A stretch of 62,284 nucleotides of DNA, the filler included. It is 9 parts of 9 records of this genome, joined end to end, with 100 filler letters (N's around TTAATTAATTAA, not from the genome) between each part and the next. Parts side by side here need not be neighbours in the genome. Positions count along the whole stretch, not along the records: positions 46,417 to 54,620 come from SRR31156797_37350; positions 54,721 to 62,284 come from SRR31156797_37396; 7 more parts are not named here. One strand, given 5' to 3'. Below are positions 50,180 through 60,547 of the stretch, one piece after another (the stretch's first letter is position 1; the number at the start of each line of letters is the position of its first letter). The notes below the pieces were generated by a model that saw only the letters and a program-made list of their open reading frames with translations, did no database searches and was not told the origin of the DNA. A program made the translations under genes and the position numbers.

Positions 50180-52801
50180 ATGGCCAAACTCACTCCCATG
50201 TTAAAACAGTACTTCGACATCAAGGAGAAGTACCCCGACGCTATTCTGTTCTTCCGTATGGGCGATTTTTATGAGATGTTTTTCGAGGACGCCGTCCAGG
50301 CGGCCCCCATTTTGGAAATAGCGCTCACCTCCCGTTCCAAGCACCATGGACAGGATATTCCCATGTGCGGTGTGCCGTATCATGCCGCGGAATCATATAT
50401 CAACCGCCTTATAAACAGCGGCGTCAAGGTGGCTGTTTGCGACCAGGTCGAAGATCCCAGGAAAGCCAAAGGCATAGTGGCCAGGGATGTCACGCGTGTT
50501 GTGACTCCGGGCATGGTTGTATCAGCCGAATTTGACGACCCCAAGTCATCCAGGTACATGGCCGCGATTGCGGGTTTCACCCTGGACGATGGAAACGCTA
50601 TATACGGCCTGGCCGCCATGGACGTCAGCACGGGCGAGTTTTTCCTGACTCAGGTTGCGAGCCGCGCCCAGTTGTTTGAGGAACTGGCCAGGCTGGGACC
50701 GGCCGAAGTATTGGTCAGCATTGAAGACGAACACGGCCTTTCCGAGCTTACGGAAGAATTGAACCTTTATTCAACCGCTTATGAAAAAGTCGCCTTTGAA
50801 GCCGGACGGGCCAAGTCGGTTCTGGCAGCTCATTTCGGCCTTCATGCCCTGACCGGTTTCGGCATCATCGACTTGCAAGCTGGAATGGCCGCGGCCGGCG
50901 CGGCGTTGCTGTACGCCCAGGAAAACCAGGGCCGGGACCTCAGCCATGTAGACCGTATTAGGATTTATCGCGTCAACGACTTCATGGTTCTGGACGAAAC
51001 GACCAAAAGAAACCTGGAGTTGTTTCACACTTTAAGAGACAGAACCAGGACCGGGTCTTTATTGGGGCTTTTGGATGCAACCATAACGGCCATGGGGGGA
51101 AGAAAATTCAAATCGTGGCTGGGAGCGCCTCTGGTGGAACGCACACGGATTGCCGAAAGACACGATGCGGTTGAATCTCTGATTTTGGACGGTTTGAAGC
51201 GGGCCGACCTGCGCGAGGAAATGGCCGGGATTCACGACCTTGAAAGATTGACCGGCAGGATATCATTGAACCGGGCCTCGCCAAGGGATTTGTCGTCATT
51301 AAAAAACAGCCTTAATAAACTGCCTAGGCTCAAGAGCATTCTACTGGACGGGACGTCCGGTTTGATTCACGAACTTGGGGAAAACCTGGATCCACTAGAA
51401 GACCTGGCTCTTTTAATCGAGACGGCCATTGTGGACGAACCGCCTTTGAACCTCAAGGAGGGAGGTCTTTTCCGCCAGGGGTACAACAGCGACCTTGATG
51501 AATTCATTTCCATCATGTCCGATGGAAAAGGCTGGATCGCCCGCCTTGAAAAACAGGAACGGGAGCGGACAGGCATTTCATCGTTGAAAGTCGGATTCAA
51601 CCGTGTATTCGGCTATTATATAGAAATCACAAAGGCCAACCTGGACCTGGCGCCGGAAGAGTACATGCGCAAGCAGACCCTGGCCGGCGCCGAAAGATTT
51701 ATAACTCCGGAATTAAAAGAAAGAGAAGAAAAGATTCTTACCGCGGGCGAGCGCCGCACTGAACTGGAGCTTGAGCTTTACGAAGAATTGAGGGGCAAAG
51801 TTACGGCCCAGGCGTCCAGACTCAGAGAATGCGCGGATATGTTGGCCGCGGTTGACGTTCTGGCGGCCATGGCCGAAGTCGCGGTCAAATACGATTATGT
51901 CCGGCCCGAACTATTGGACGAGGATATTATCGAAATTACAGGGGGGCGGCATCCGGTTATCGAGCAGACCTTAAAGGGCGAGCCTTTTGTGGCCAACGAC
52001 CTTTACCTGGATAATGAATCTCAACAGGTCCTTATTATAACCGGCCCGAACATGGCCGGGAAATCCACCATTCTTCGGCAGACGGCCCTGATTGTGCTTA
52101 TGGCCCAGGTCGGCTGCTTTGCGCCGGCGGAAAAAGCGCGTTTGGGTCTGGTGAACAGGATTTTCACCCGGGTGGGAGCGTCGGACGATCTGAGTCGCGG
52201 CAGGTCCACCTTTATGGTGGAAATGAATGAAACCGCCCAGATATTAAACCAGGCCACGCCCAAAAGTCTGGTAATATTGGATGAAATCGGCCGGGGCACC
52301 AGCACTTTCGACGGGCTTTCAATCGCTTGGGCCGTGGCCGAATACCTGCACGACCTGGACAATATTGGCGCAAGAACGCTTTTTGCCACCCATTACCATG
52401 AACTCGTGCAATTGGCCCAGACAAAGTCGAGAGTGAAAAATTTCAACGTAGCGGTCAAGGAATGGGAAGGCAGGGTTATATTTTTAAGAAAAATGGTCCC
52501 CGGAGGCACAAGTAGAAGCTATGGCCTGGCCGTGGCCAGGCTGGCCGGCCTCCCTGCCGATGTATTGGTCAGGGCGTCCGAAGTATTGGAAAACCTGGAA
52601 TACGGCGGGCCGGATGCAACAGGCCTGCCGAAGCTGAATGGTCCAAAACGCCGAACCAGGCATTCGCCTTCACAGTTAAACCTTTTCAGTCCGGATGACA
52701 GCAGCGGGCTGTCCAAAGAGATAAGCAGCATTGATATAAATGAACTTACTCCGCTGGAAGCGATGAACAAACTGGCTGAACTCAAAAGGCTGGCTGAATG
52801 A
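50180..52801 (+). CDS. mutS: DNA mismatch repair protein MutS
   Basis: TPMLKQY, FRMGDFYEMF, GPNMAGKST, DEIGRGTST and THYHEL. Confidence 0.98.
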   Translation: MAKLTPMLKQYFDIKEKYPDAILFFRMGDFYEMFFEDAVQAAPILEIALTSRSKHHGQDIPMCGVPYHAAESYINRLINSGVKVAVCDQVEDPRKAKGIVARDVTRVVTPGMVVSAEFDDPKSSRYMAAIAGFTLDDGNAIYGLAAMDVSTGEFFLTQVASRAQLFEELARLGPAEVLVSIEDEHGLSELTEELNLYSTAYEKVAFEAGRAKSVLAAHFGLHALTGFGIIDLQAGMAAAGAALLYAQENQGRDLSHVDRIRIYRVNDFMVLDETTKRNLELFHTLRDRTRTGSLLGLLDATITAMGGRKFKSWLGAPLVERTRIAERHDAVESLILDGLKRADLREEMAGIHDLERLTGRISLNRASPRDLSSLKNSLNKLPRLKSILLDGTSGLIHELGENLDPLEDLALLIETAIVDEPPLNLKEGGLFRQGYNSDLDEFISIMSDGKGWIARLEKQERERTGISSLKVGFNRVFGYYIEITKANLDLAPEEYMRKQTLAGAERFITPELKEREEKILTAGERRTELELELYEELRGKVTAQASRLRECADMLAAVDVLAAMAEVAVKYDYVRPELLDEDIIEITGGRHPVIEQTLKGEPFVANDLYLDNESQQVLIITGPNMAGKSTILRQTALIVLMAQVGCFAPAEKARLGLVNRIFTRVGASDDLSRGRSTFMVEMNETAQILNQATPKSLVILDEIGRGTSTFDGLSIAWAVAEYLHDLDNIGARTLFATHYHELVQLAQTKSRVKNFNVAVKEWEGRVIFLRKMVPGGTSRSYGLAVARLAGLPADVLVRASEVLENLEYGGPDATGLPKLNGPKRRTRHSPSQLNLFSPDDSSGLSKEISSIDINELTPLEAMNKLAELKRLAE

Positions 52802-54549
52802 GAAAAAAAGCTCCTGTACACCTTATATGGATATTGCTGATCCTGTCATGTTTTGCCCTGCCGGCTTATGCAGCGTCGGAAAAGTCTCTTTTTCAGAATG
52901 CTGAAAAGGCCAGGAAAAGCTTTGAGGCGGACAAAAAGGCCCGTAAGCTGCGCCATAAATGGATAAAAGTTATTGAGAATTACGAACGGGTTTTTAAAAA
53001 ATATCCCAAGGGGAAGTATACGGGAAAATCGCTGACCGAAGCTGGAGAACTGTATTACGGGTTGTACAAGATTTCCAAGCGGGATTCGGATTTGAAAAAC
53101 TCTTTGAATTATCACAAAAGAGTCACCAGGGAGTTTTCAAAGTCGAGCCGGGCGGCCAGGTCCCAGTACCGAATCGGAGAAATTATATACAGGCGGCAAA
53201 ATGATCCGGACAGGGCTTATGTGGAGTTGCTCAAGGTCGAATTGAATCACCCGTCCAGTAAATCCGATGTCGCGGCCGCGCGTAAGCTGATGGCTAAGAT
53301 ATCAGGCAGCCCCAGCCGGGCGGCAGTAAGCGAGCCGGCCAGGAAAGACCCCAAAACGCCTGTTAAAAAGAATTCTAAAATCATGGGCTTGCGGCACTGG
53401 CACAATAAGACTTACAGCCGGGTGGCCATTGATTTGAACAGGGAAGTTGATTTCAAGGATCATCTGCTCCGCCCGAACGCCAAGCTCAACCAGCCCATGA
53501 GGCTTTACCTTGACATAGAAGACGCTGTTATCGGTCCGGGAGTGAGGGAAGAAGTTCCCATAAGGGACGGGCTGCTTCAAAGGGCCCGGGTGGCCCAGTA
53601 CGACAAGGAAACCGTCCGGGTGGTCCTGGATATTCAGAATATTCACAATTACCGGATTTTTTCCTTAACCGACCCTTTCAGGATAGTGGTCGACGTGACC
53701 GGTCGAATGGAAAAAGGGGCGGCGGGTAAAAAGAATAACAGCGTCGCGGCCAAAAAAGACAAGCCGCTGAAAGACCTTCGCGCAACCGCCATGAAAAGGG
53801 ACAAGACGCCGCGCGGCCGGGTGAAAAATACGCCGGACCAGGCGTCGCTGGCCAGGCAGCTGGGATTGGATATAAAAAAGGTGGTTATAGATCCCGGGCA
53901 CGGAGGCAAGGATCGTGGAGCCACGGGAATAACCGGACTTAAAGAAAAAGACCTGACTCTGAAGGTGGCCAGGATTTTGGCCGCGAAAATAAAGAAAAAC
54001 CTTGGTCTGGAAGTTGTCCTTACCAGGGACAAGGACGTATTTCTGCCTTTGGAAGAACGGACGGCCAAGGCGAACACTCACGGGGCCGACCTATTCATCT
54101 CCATACACGCCAATGCGCATAACAGTTCGAAAGTGAACGGTATAGAAACTTACGTCCTTAACATTGCCACCGACAAGGAGGCCATGCGCGTGGCGGCCAG
54201 GGAAAACGCCACCACAAGCAAGAGAATGAGCGATCTGCAGATTATTTTGGGCGACCTGATGCTCAATTCAAAAATAGCCGAATCGTACAGACTGGGCGCC
54301 AAGGTCCATAAGGCAACGGTTTCCAGGGTAAAGAGAAGCTATAAGGACCTGCATAATTTAGGTTTGAAAAAGGCGCCTTTTTACGTCCTGATCGGAGCCA
54401 ATATGCCGTCGATACTTATCGAACTGGGCTTTATATCCAATAAAAAAGAGGAAGCCCGCCTTAAGAATAAAAAATATCTCGACAAACTTACCGACGGCAT
54501 AGTCGACGGCATAAAGGCTTATAAAAAATCCATTAAAGCATCTTCGTGA
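52798..54549 (+). CDS. N-acetylmuramoyl-L-alanine amidase with TPR-like and AMIN domains
   Basis: Signal peptide, VRVVLD (AMIN), IDPGHGGKD, ISIHANA and LIELGFISN. Confidence 0.93.
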   Translation: MRKKAPVHLIWILLILSCFALPAYAASEKSLFQNAEKARKSFEADKKARKLRHKWIKVIENYERVFKKYPKGKYTGKSLTEAGELYYGLYKISKRDSDLKNSLNYHKRVTREFSKSSRAARSQYRIGEIIYRRQNDPDRAYVELLKVELNHPSSKSDVAAARKLMAKISGSPSRAAVSEPARKDPKTPVKKNSKIMGLRHWHNKTYSRVAIDLNREVDFKDHLLRPNAKLNQPMRLYLDIEDAVIGPGVREEVPIRDGLLQRARVAQYDKETVRVVLDIQNIHNYRIFSLTDPFRIVVDVTGRMEKGAAGKKNNSVAAKKDKPLKDLRATAMKRDKTPRGRVKNTPDQASLARQLGLDIKKVVIDPGHGGKDRGATGITGLKEKDLTLKVARILAAKIKKNLGLEVVLTRDKDVFLPLEERTAKANTHGADLFISIHANAHNSSKVNGIETYVLNIATDKEAMRVAARENATTSKRMSDLQIILGDLMLNSKIAESYRLGAKVHKATVSRVKRSYKDLHNLGLKKAPFYVLIGANMPSILIELGFISNKKEEARLKNKKYLDKLTDGIVDGIKAYKKSIKASS

Positions 54550-54595
54550 GTCGGCCGGTGCGGCTGCGGAAATAATGTATAAATTCAAGTAATAC

Positions 54596-54620
54596 GGGCG
54601 CCCACAGGGGGGCGCCCCTA
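54596..54620 (-). repeat. GTAG-type REP-like palindrome at the contig end
   Basis: Minus strand (G)TAG-GGGCGCCC-CCCTGT-GGGCGCCC; the contig ends in it. Confidence 0.65.
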
Positions 54621-54720
54621 NNNNNNNNNNNNNNNNNNNNNNNNNNNNNNNNNNNNNNNNNNNNTTAATTAATTAANNNNNNNNNNNNNNNNNNNNNNNN
54701 NNNNNNNNNNNNNNNNNNNN
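54621..54720. other. Artificial contig linker
   Basis: N44-TTAATTAATTAA-N44. Confidence 0.99.
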
Positions 54721-55321
54721 TAAAGGTGTTATAAAAGAGGATTTTGATCCTTTAGCTATTGCACAAGAGTATTCAGCAAATGGAGCAAATGCAATCTCTG
54801 TTTTAACAGAACCTCACTATTTCCAAGGAAATTTAGAGTATTTAACTCAAATAAGAAGATATGTTCCAACACCAGTTCTTAGAAAAGATTTTATCTTAGA
54901 TAAGTATCAAATCGTAGAAGCTTTAGTTTATGGAGCTGACTTTATTTTACTTATTGCAAAAAGTTTAAGTACAAAAGATTTAAAAGAGCTTTATGAGTAT
55001 GCACTTCATTTAGGTTTAGAAGTATTAGTTGAAATACATGATAAAGAAGACTTAAAAAAAGCTATGCATTGTGGTGCAAATATTATTGGTATCAATCATA
55101 GAAATCTTGAAACATTTGAAATGGATATGAATCTTTGTGATGAATTAATTCCAATGATTCCAAATGGAAAAATCATTGTAGCTGAATCAGGGGTTTCAAA
55201 TATTGAGACTATTAAAAGATTAAATTCAATAGGAGCAGATGCCTTTTTAATTGGGGAACACTTTATGAGAGTTCCAAGTATTGAGGAGGAGCTAAAAAGC
55301 TTCAAAAATGCTTTAGCGTAA
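54721..55321 (+). CDS. trpC: Indole-3-glycerol phosphate synthase (5'-truncated)
   Basis: [34 protein letters not shown] and FLIGEHFM. Confidence 0.95.
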
Positions 55322-55340
55322 GATTACGCTAAGGCATTTT
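55305..55340. terminator. Inverted repeat spanning both convergent stop codons
   Basis: AAAATGCTTTAGCGTAA-GA-TTACGCTAAGGCATTTT. Confidence 0.55.
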
Positions 55341-55985
55341 GTCTATTTTTGTTTTAACTTCTTTTATATGTAGTTTTAATGCATTTTTAATTACTTCTAC
55401 AAAATTGCTTTCTAAACCTGTTTGATAATAACCTTTTGTAAAGACATTTATTTCATCTTCTTTTGTTGTGTTTATCTTTAAGTTTGTAGCTATTTCTGTA
55501 CTTAAAGTAATAGCCCAAAAACCAGGTGTCATCCAAGTCCAAAACTTATTTATATCAACATTTACAATCTTAGTATCAGTAGTAATATTTTTTTCATCTT
55601 TAATAACTTGATATCCTGATTCTAAAAAAGCTATTTTAATATTTTCTTTCATTAAAGAACTAACCGTTTGACCTTCTTTTAATAAAATGTCACCTAATCC
55701 TTTACCATAGCTATTTCTTTTTCTTGCTATAGCTCTTGCTTGTACTTCTTTAGTATTAATTTCATCAGGGCTTAAAGATGGAATATTTGGGTCTCTAGGA
55801 TTAAATTCAAATCTTCTATTATCTTTTACTTCTTTTATAAAAACACTTAATTGTGAGTTGTTATTTACTTTTGTTTCTTTTGCCTCTTGCTTGATAGTTA
55901 CTTCACCACGCTTGATTGCACAACCACTTAGAATAAATACTAAAGAGATTGGAATTAATGCTAATAATAAATTTTTAATCTTCAT
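55329..55985 (-). CDS. Lipoprotein (YajG-like)
   Basis: Lipobox LSGC; VFIKEVKDNR...ARKRNSYGKGLGDI. Confidence 0.7.
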   Translation of the reverse strand: MKIKNLLLALIPISLVFILSGCAIKRGEVTIKQEAKETKVNNNSQLSVFIKEVKDNRRFEFNPRDPNIPSLSPDEINTKEVQARAIARKRNSYGKGLGDILLKEGQTVSSLMKENIKIAFLESGYQVIKDEKNITTDTKIVNVDINKFWTWMTPGFWAITLSTEIATNLKINTTKEDEINVFTKGYYQTGLESNFVEVIKNALKLHIKEVKTKIDKMP

Positions 55986-55995
55986 GTTTTACCTT

Positions 55996-56781
55996 TTATT
56001 GTAGAGAGAAGTCTATTTCTTCTTCAAGTTCTTTAATCCAGATATTGTAGTTATTATGAATATTATAATGAGTATCTGCACCTAACTTTTCACTTGTAAT
56101 ATAAGTGATACTATAACTATTTAAACTATAATCAATTCTAACGAAAGCTGTATGAACTCTTCTTACAACTTTTGCTAAGATAAAGCCATCTTCTTGTTTG
56201 CTCATAACCCAGCTAATCTTTTCTCCTGCATTTAGAATTTTTTCTTCTATTTTAGATAGTGAATTATAGTTTTTATTAATTTTTTTATTTACAACATTAT
56301 AAATAGGTTTGTATTTATTATTTCCCGCATCTAAGGGATTTTTCTTATACTCATTAGATAACTTTTCTGCCTCAATTAAAGAAGAAGTCATCTTTAAAGG
56401 AGTTAACTTAGCATCAATTTGATTTTCCAAGTTTCTTACCCACCCATTATAGTTTTTATGAATAGTGTTTTTAGAGCTATCATAATTTAAATTTTCTGCT
56501 TCTAGAAGTTTTATTGAGTAAGAGTTTTTATCAAAAGAGATAGATACTTTTGCAACATGGTCTCTGATTACAAGTTTACCAATAATTGTATTTTCATCAG
56601 TTTGTTTCATACTCCATCCAAGAAACTTTCCTGATTGGATAATTGCATTGTAAACAGTTTGGTTTTGGGGTTTTGTAGAGAAGTTTTTTGTTTCAACATT
56701 ATATACTTTATTGATTCCACAACCAACAAATAATAAAGCTAATAATGAAAGAACTAAAGAATGAAGAATACTCTTTTTCAT
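55996..56781 (-). CDS. Lipoprotein with a tandemly duplicated ~100-aa domain
   Basis: Lipobox FVGC; two copies of YNV...W.M...R.H.A...SYSI...IH.NYN.W...LE..ID. Confidence 0.8.
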   Translation of the reverse strand: MKKSILHSLVLSLLALLFVGCGINKVYNVETKNFSTKPQNQTVYNAIIQSGKFLGWSMKQTDENTIIGKLVIRDHVAKVSISFDKNSYSIKLLEAENLNYDSSKNTIHKNYNGWVRNLENQIDAKLTPLKMTSSLIEAEKLSNEYKKNPLDAGNNKYKPIYNVVNKKINKNYNSLSKIEEKILNAGEKISWVMSKQEDGFILAKVVRRVHTAFVRIDYSLNSYSITYITSEKLGADTHYNIHNNYNIWIKELEEEIDFSLQ

Positions 56782-56876
56782 GTATTTCCTTTTAAATGAT
56801 TTAGGAAATTATTTTATCAAAAAGAAGCTATTAAATATATTTATTTTAGTTATATTTTAGAAGAAAAGAAGAACTA

Positions 56877-58376
56877 TTAAAGCTCTTCTTCAAATACTTT
56901 ACTTAGAATTTCACTTTCACTAAGTTCTTTTTTAACCTCAGTTTTAGGAGGGTTTTTAATAAGAAGAACCATCTCTTTTAAATCATCTAAGTTATATTTT
57001 GTAAGGTTGTTGATTAAAGTATCGTTAATCATCTCTTTTTTAAGAGTATCGTTATTTATCATTTTACCAATAACAGTTTGAAGGTTTTTTCTTGTTCTTT
57101 CAAATACTTGCTCTTCTTCTGTTAATACTTTAAACTCTTTTTCAATATAAGCAATAAGGCTATCACCTTTATATTTATAAGTTTTAACAGTATTATAAAC
57201 AAACTCTTGAGATTTTACATCTTCAACGTAAACATTTGTAAATACATATCCACCAACTGCAACTAATCCAACTAAAGATTTAACAGGATTGTGTGAACAA
57301 ATAAAGTCTTCTTTTACTCTTACTGGTGCATACTCTAAAGATGTAATGTTGTTTCTTAATACAATGAAGTTTTTATTTACTTCAATTGGTCCACCTTTTA
57401 GTGAAACTAATTCATTTTTAAAAGCAAGAAAATCTCCATCAACTCTTTTTGGACTTCCTTCAAGTGTTGTAAGTTCATTATCACTTACATCAAAGTCACC
57501 TTCAACTTCATGAAATCTAAGGGGAAGTTTTGAAAGGTTTTCTAACTTTCCTGCAAGTCTTACATCTCCATGAACTCTTACTGAGTTATCTGGTAAAACA
57601 TGATATTTTTTGATACCCATTCTATGAAGCCATCTTTCTACTTCATCTCTTGTAGTTAAGGCAAGAAGTGGTTTATAGATGTGACCAATAACTTCTTCAC
57701 CTTTATATTTCCACATTTTCTTTTCTTCATCAAAGTTTCTAGAAATGTGATTTAAAGAGATATCCGTAAATAGGTTCCATGAAATTTCATCTGCAATATC
57801 ATTTAGATTTTTAAGTTGATTCCAATAACAAACATAGTCTTGACCAACAGTAATTGGACCACCTCTTAAAAGTTCTAATCTATTTTTAGAACAGTCAAAA
57901 GTACCTTCTACATATTTTGGTCCACCTTCTAAAGATGTAATTACATTATTTGAACAGTTAAAGTAGTTTGTAATACTTCTTGGAGCACCCTCAATAGACT
58001 CTAATCTATTATTGGAACAGTTATAATATCCAGCAACTTCTTTTGGTCCATATGAAAGGTTATTTTTGATTTCATTATTTGAGCAGTCAAAGTCTCCAAC
58101 TTCATTTGGAGCACCAAAAAGTGATGTTAATTGATTATGTGAACAGTTAAAGTCTCTCACTACTTTTTTAGGAGAACCTTTTAGGCTTGTTAAATTATTG
58201 TTTGACACATTGAAATATCCATCTACAACATCAAATTTTACAGGAAGTTCTGGTTCATCAATTTTTCCTTCAAGATTTACACTACCGTGAACAGTGATAT
58301 ATAAATCTTCTGAAATAGTAAAATTTTCTATTCCTTTTTTAGTCAACCATTTTTTAACATCAATTACATTATCCAT
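56877..58376 (-). CDS. Protein with two blocks of ~22-aa LRR-like repeats
   Basis: Repeat LTSLEGxPxxVxGxFxCSxNx occurs about 7 times and then about 4 times, each block behind a similar cap domain. Confidence 0.85.
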   Translation of the reverse strand: MDNVIDVKKWLTKKGIENFTISEDLYITVHGSVNLEGKIDEPELPVKFDVVDGYFNVSNNNLTSLKGSPKKVVRDFNCSHNQLTSLFGAPNEVGDFDCSNNEIKNNLSYGPKEVAGYYNCSNNRLESIEGAPRSITNYFNCSNNVITSLEGGPKYVEGTFDCSKNRLELLRGGPITVGQDYVCYWNQLKNLNDIADEISWNLFTDISLNHISRNFDEEKKMWKYKGEEVIGHIYKPLLALTTRDEVERWLHRMGIKKYHVLPDNSVRVHGDVRLAGKLENLSKLPLRFHEVEGDFDVSDNELTTLEGSPKRVDGDFLAFKNELVSLKGGPIEVNKNFIVLRNNITSLEYAPVRVKEDFICSHNPVKSLVGLVAVGGYVFTNVYVEDVKSQEFVYNTVKTYKYKGDSLIAYIEKEFKVLTEEEQVFERTRKNLQTVIGKMINNDTLKKEMINDTLINNLTKYNLDDLKEMVLLIKNPPKTEVKKELSESEILSKVFEEEL

Positions 58377-58613
58377 TAAGTGCCTTTAAAATATTTATAA
58401 ATATTCATAAAATTATAAAGATTGTACCATATTTTATTTTACACTTTTATTTACAAATTAAAAGTTTTTTGTTATAAATGTAATATACTAGTGTAGAGTC
58501 TATATATAGGAGTATAAGAGCCATTTGAAAATATGGAAAATGTTCTTTAATAATAATTAGAATAAATAAAAAAGAAAGTTATATAAATAGTTATTTTTTT
58601 AAAGATACAAAAA

Positions 58614-59051
58614 TTAATTTGTATCTTTTTTTCTTGATTTTATTAATGTAATTAGTCCAAAAATACCAAATAAGAAACCTAAAGCAGAAATCATATTTAG
58701 GTATCTATCATATGGAGTTTTTTCAAACTCTTTTACATTTTTGTTTTCATCAACTGTAATATGAAAACTTTTTAGGTGTGAACCATGGTCACTAGGAACA
58801 TCAATATCAACTCTCCATTTACCATGTGAATCTGGAATAAATGCAAAATTTCCATTTAGGTCTGTCTTACCCTTTGTAAATGGAAGTGAACTCTCAGGAG
58901 CATAAATAGTAACCTTTGCATTATCAATTGCTATATTGTTTGGTGCAGTTACTCTAACTCCTACCGCACCATCAACAATATCATAGAATACACCATGGGC
59001 AAATAGTGAAATGTTTAATATAAAAGTAAATAATAGAGTTTTAAACAACAT
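58614..59051 (-). CDS. CbiL/NikL-like membrane-anchored protein (carboxypeptidase-regulatory-like fold)
   Basis: Signal peptide then mature N-terminal His (A-HG), GKTDLNGNFAF.P...GKW, a second His motif and a C-terminal TM. Confidence 0.65.
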   Translation of the reverse strand: MLFKTLLFTFILNISLFAHGVFYDIVDGAVGVRVTAPNNIAIDNAKVTIYAPESSLPFTKGKTDLNGNFAFIPDSHGKWRVDIDVPSDHGSHLKSFHITVDENKNVKEFEKTPYDRYLNMISALGFLFGIFGLITLIKSRKKDTN

Positions 59052-59053
59052 AA

Positions 59054-59746
59054 TTACTTAACTTCAAATGAGATACTACTTTGAATAGTGATATTACTTA
59101 CTTTTGGGTCACTTAATTCACTTGTATAGTATTGAGCTGCAATAATTTGTAAACCTTTTGATTTTACAGGGATATTTGCAATACCATATTTATTTGTTTT
59201 TATATTTAAGTCTTCATAATCAGATGTTTCAAAACCAGCACCTTCTAAAGCTTTTCCATCTTTAATAACAAGTACAGGTAGTTTATCACCAACTTTTATT
59301 GTAAGTGGATTAATTAAAGGTACAACCTCAAGAGGAAGTCCAGATGGTTTTAGAAAACTTTCATTCCAGTCAAAGAATCTTTTTCCATATTTAATACTTT
59401 TTAGAGTATTGTAAACGATACCATCATATTTTGATGGGTCAACATTCTCATATCCATTTTCACCTTTAACCCAATAACCAGCATCAAAGATTAAACTCAT
59501 CATCGCAGGTTTTTTAGCAGTTAATAAAACAGGTTGTTTTTTCGAGTAATCAATTCCTGTATTAATCTCTTTGTTGTTAATATCAAAAGCTAAAGCACCT
59601 TTTAATTGACTTGATTTATATTCTTGGAACCCTCCATGAGCCCAGAAGCTTGCTTTATATGTGTTATTTTCTGCTTTTTGTGCAGTAATTTGGTGTGCAA
59701 ACAGTGTTGCAGTAGATAATAGTAGTGAAAGTGTAAGTTTTTTCAT
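59054..59746 (-). CDS. DUF4198 (Ni/Co uptake-associated) periplasmic protein
   Basis: Signal peptide then A-HQ; SIKYGK, GLPLEVVPLINP...VGD.L.VLV...GK.L and KTNKYG.A. Confidence 0.8.
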   Translation of the reverse strand: MKKLTLSLLLSTATLFAHQITAQKAENNTYKASFWAHGGFQEYKSSQLKGALAFDINNKEINTGIDYSKKQPVLLTAKKPAMMSLIFDAGYWVKGENGYENVDPSKYDGIVYNTLKSIKYGKRFFDWNESFLKPSGLPLEVVPLINPLTIKVGDKLPVLVIKDGKALEGAGFETSDYEDLNIKTNKYGIANIPVKSKGLQIIAAQYYTSELSDPKVSNITIQSSISFEVK

Positions 59747-59865
59747 TATATTCCTTCAAATGTAATTTTGATGGATTTTATTTGAAAAAGATTAAAGAAG
59801 CAATAGAATTTTGAGAATCTTATGTATTTTTAGAACAAGGAGATTTAAATAAAAGAAAAAATCTT

Positions 59866-60543
59866 TTATTTAAATAGTGTTGAACCAACTCTAATCATAT
59901 TTGAACCACAAGCAATAGCTAGTTCAAAATCTGAGCTCATTCCCATAGAACAATATTTTGCTCCATGTTTTTTTAGTTCGTCGAAAATAGACTTTGTCGT
60001 AGTAAAAGAGTCTTTAATAGTATTTCTATCCTCAACGTGTGCCCCAATACTCATAACACCTTTAAGTCTTATATTTGGACACTCATTTAAAATCTTCTCA
60101 TATATTTCAATAGCATCTTCTGGCATAACACCTGTTTTACTATCTTCTTTTGCTGAGTTTATTTGAAGTAGACATGACATCTTTTTATTCTTAGCTTCAA
60201 GTTTTTTATTTAACTCTTGAGCTAACTCTAAAGAGTCAAGTGATTGTACTAAAGTAGGGTTTAAATCAATTAAGTTATTGATTTTATTTTTTTGTAGTCT
60301 TCCTACAAAATGCCATTCAAGAGGAAGTTCTTCTAGGTCAGTAGATTTTTGTTTTAAATCTTGAACTTTGTTTTCCCCAAAAGCTCTTTGACCAGCACTA
60401 TATAAAGTTGCTACATCTTCACTAGTAGAGTATTTTGAAATACCAATGATTTTTACAATATGGTGTTCAGATACTCTAAGTCTTGCAGCTTCTACTTTTG
60501 AAATAACTTTGTCTAAATTTTCTACAGCTTTAGTTTTATCCAT
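59866..60543 (-). CDS. yggS: PLP homeostasis protein YggS
   Basis: FGENKVQ, WHFVGRLQKNK, SMGMSSDF and IRVGS. Confidence 0.95.
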   Translation of the reverse strand: MDKTKAVENLDKVISKVEAARLRVSEHHIVKIIGISKYSTSEDVATLYSAGQRAFGENKVQDLKQKSTDLEELPLEWHFVGRLQKNKINNLIDLNPTLVQSLDSLELAQELNKKLEAKNKKMSCLLQINSAKEDSKTGVMPEDAIEIYEKILNECPNIRLKGVMSIGAHVEDRNTIKDSFTTTKSIFDELKKHGAKYCSMGMSSDFELAIACGSNMIRVGSTLFK

Positions 60544-60547
60544 TTAT

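Noticed and set aside
5067-54720. Recurring TTAATTAATTAA flanked by Ns as a biological repeat or CRISPR-like array
   Set aside because: It is an identical N44-12-N44 stop-codon spacer, i.e. an assembly artefact. ORFs ending in X-runs or 'LIN' are truncated genes.
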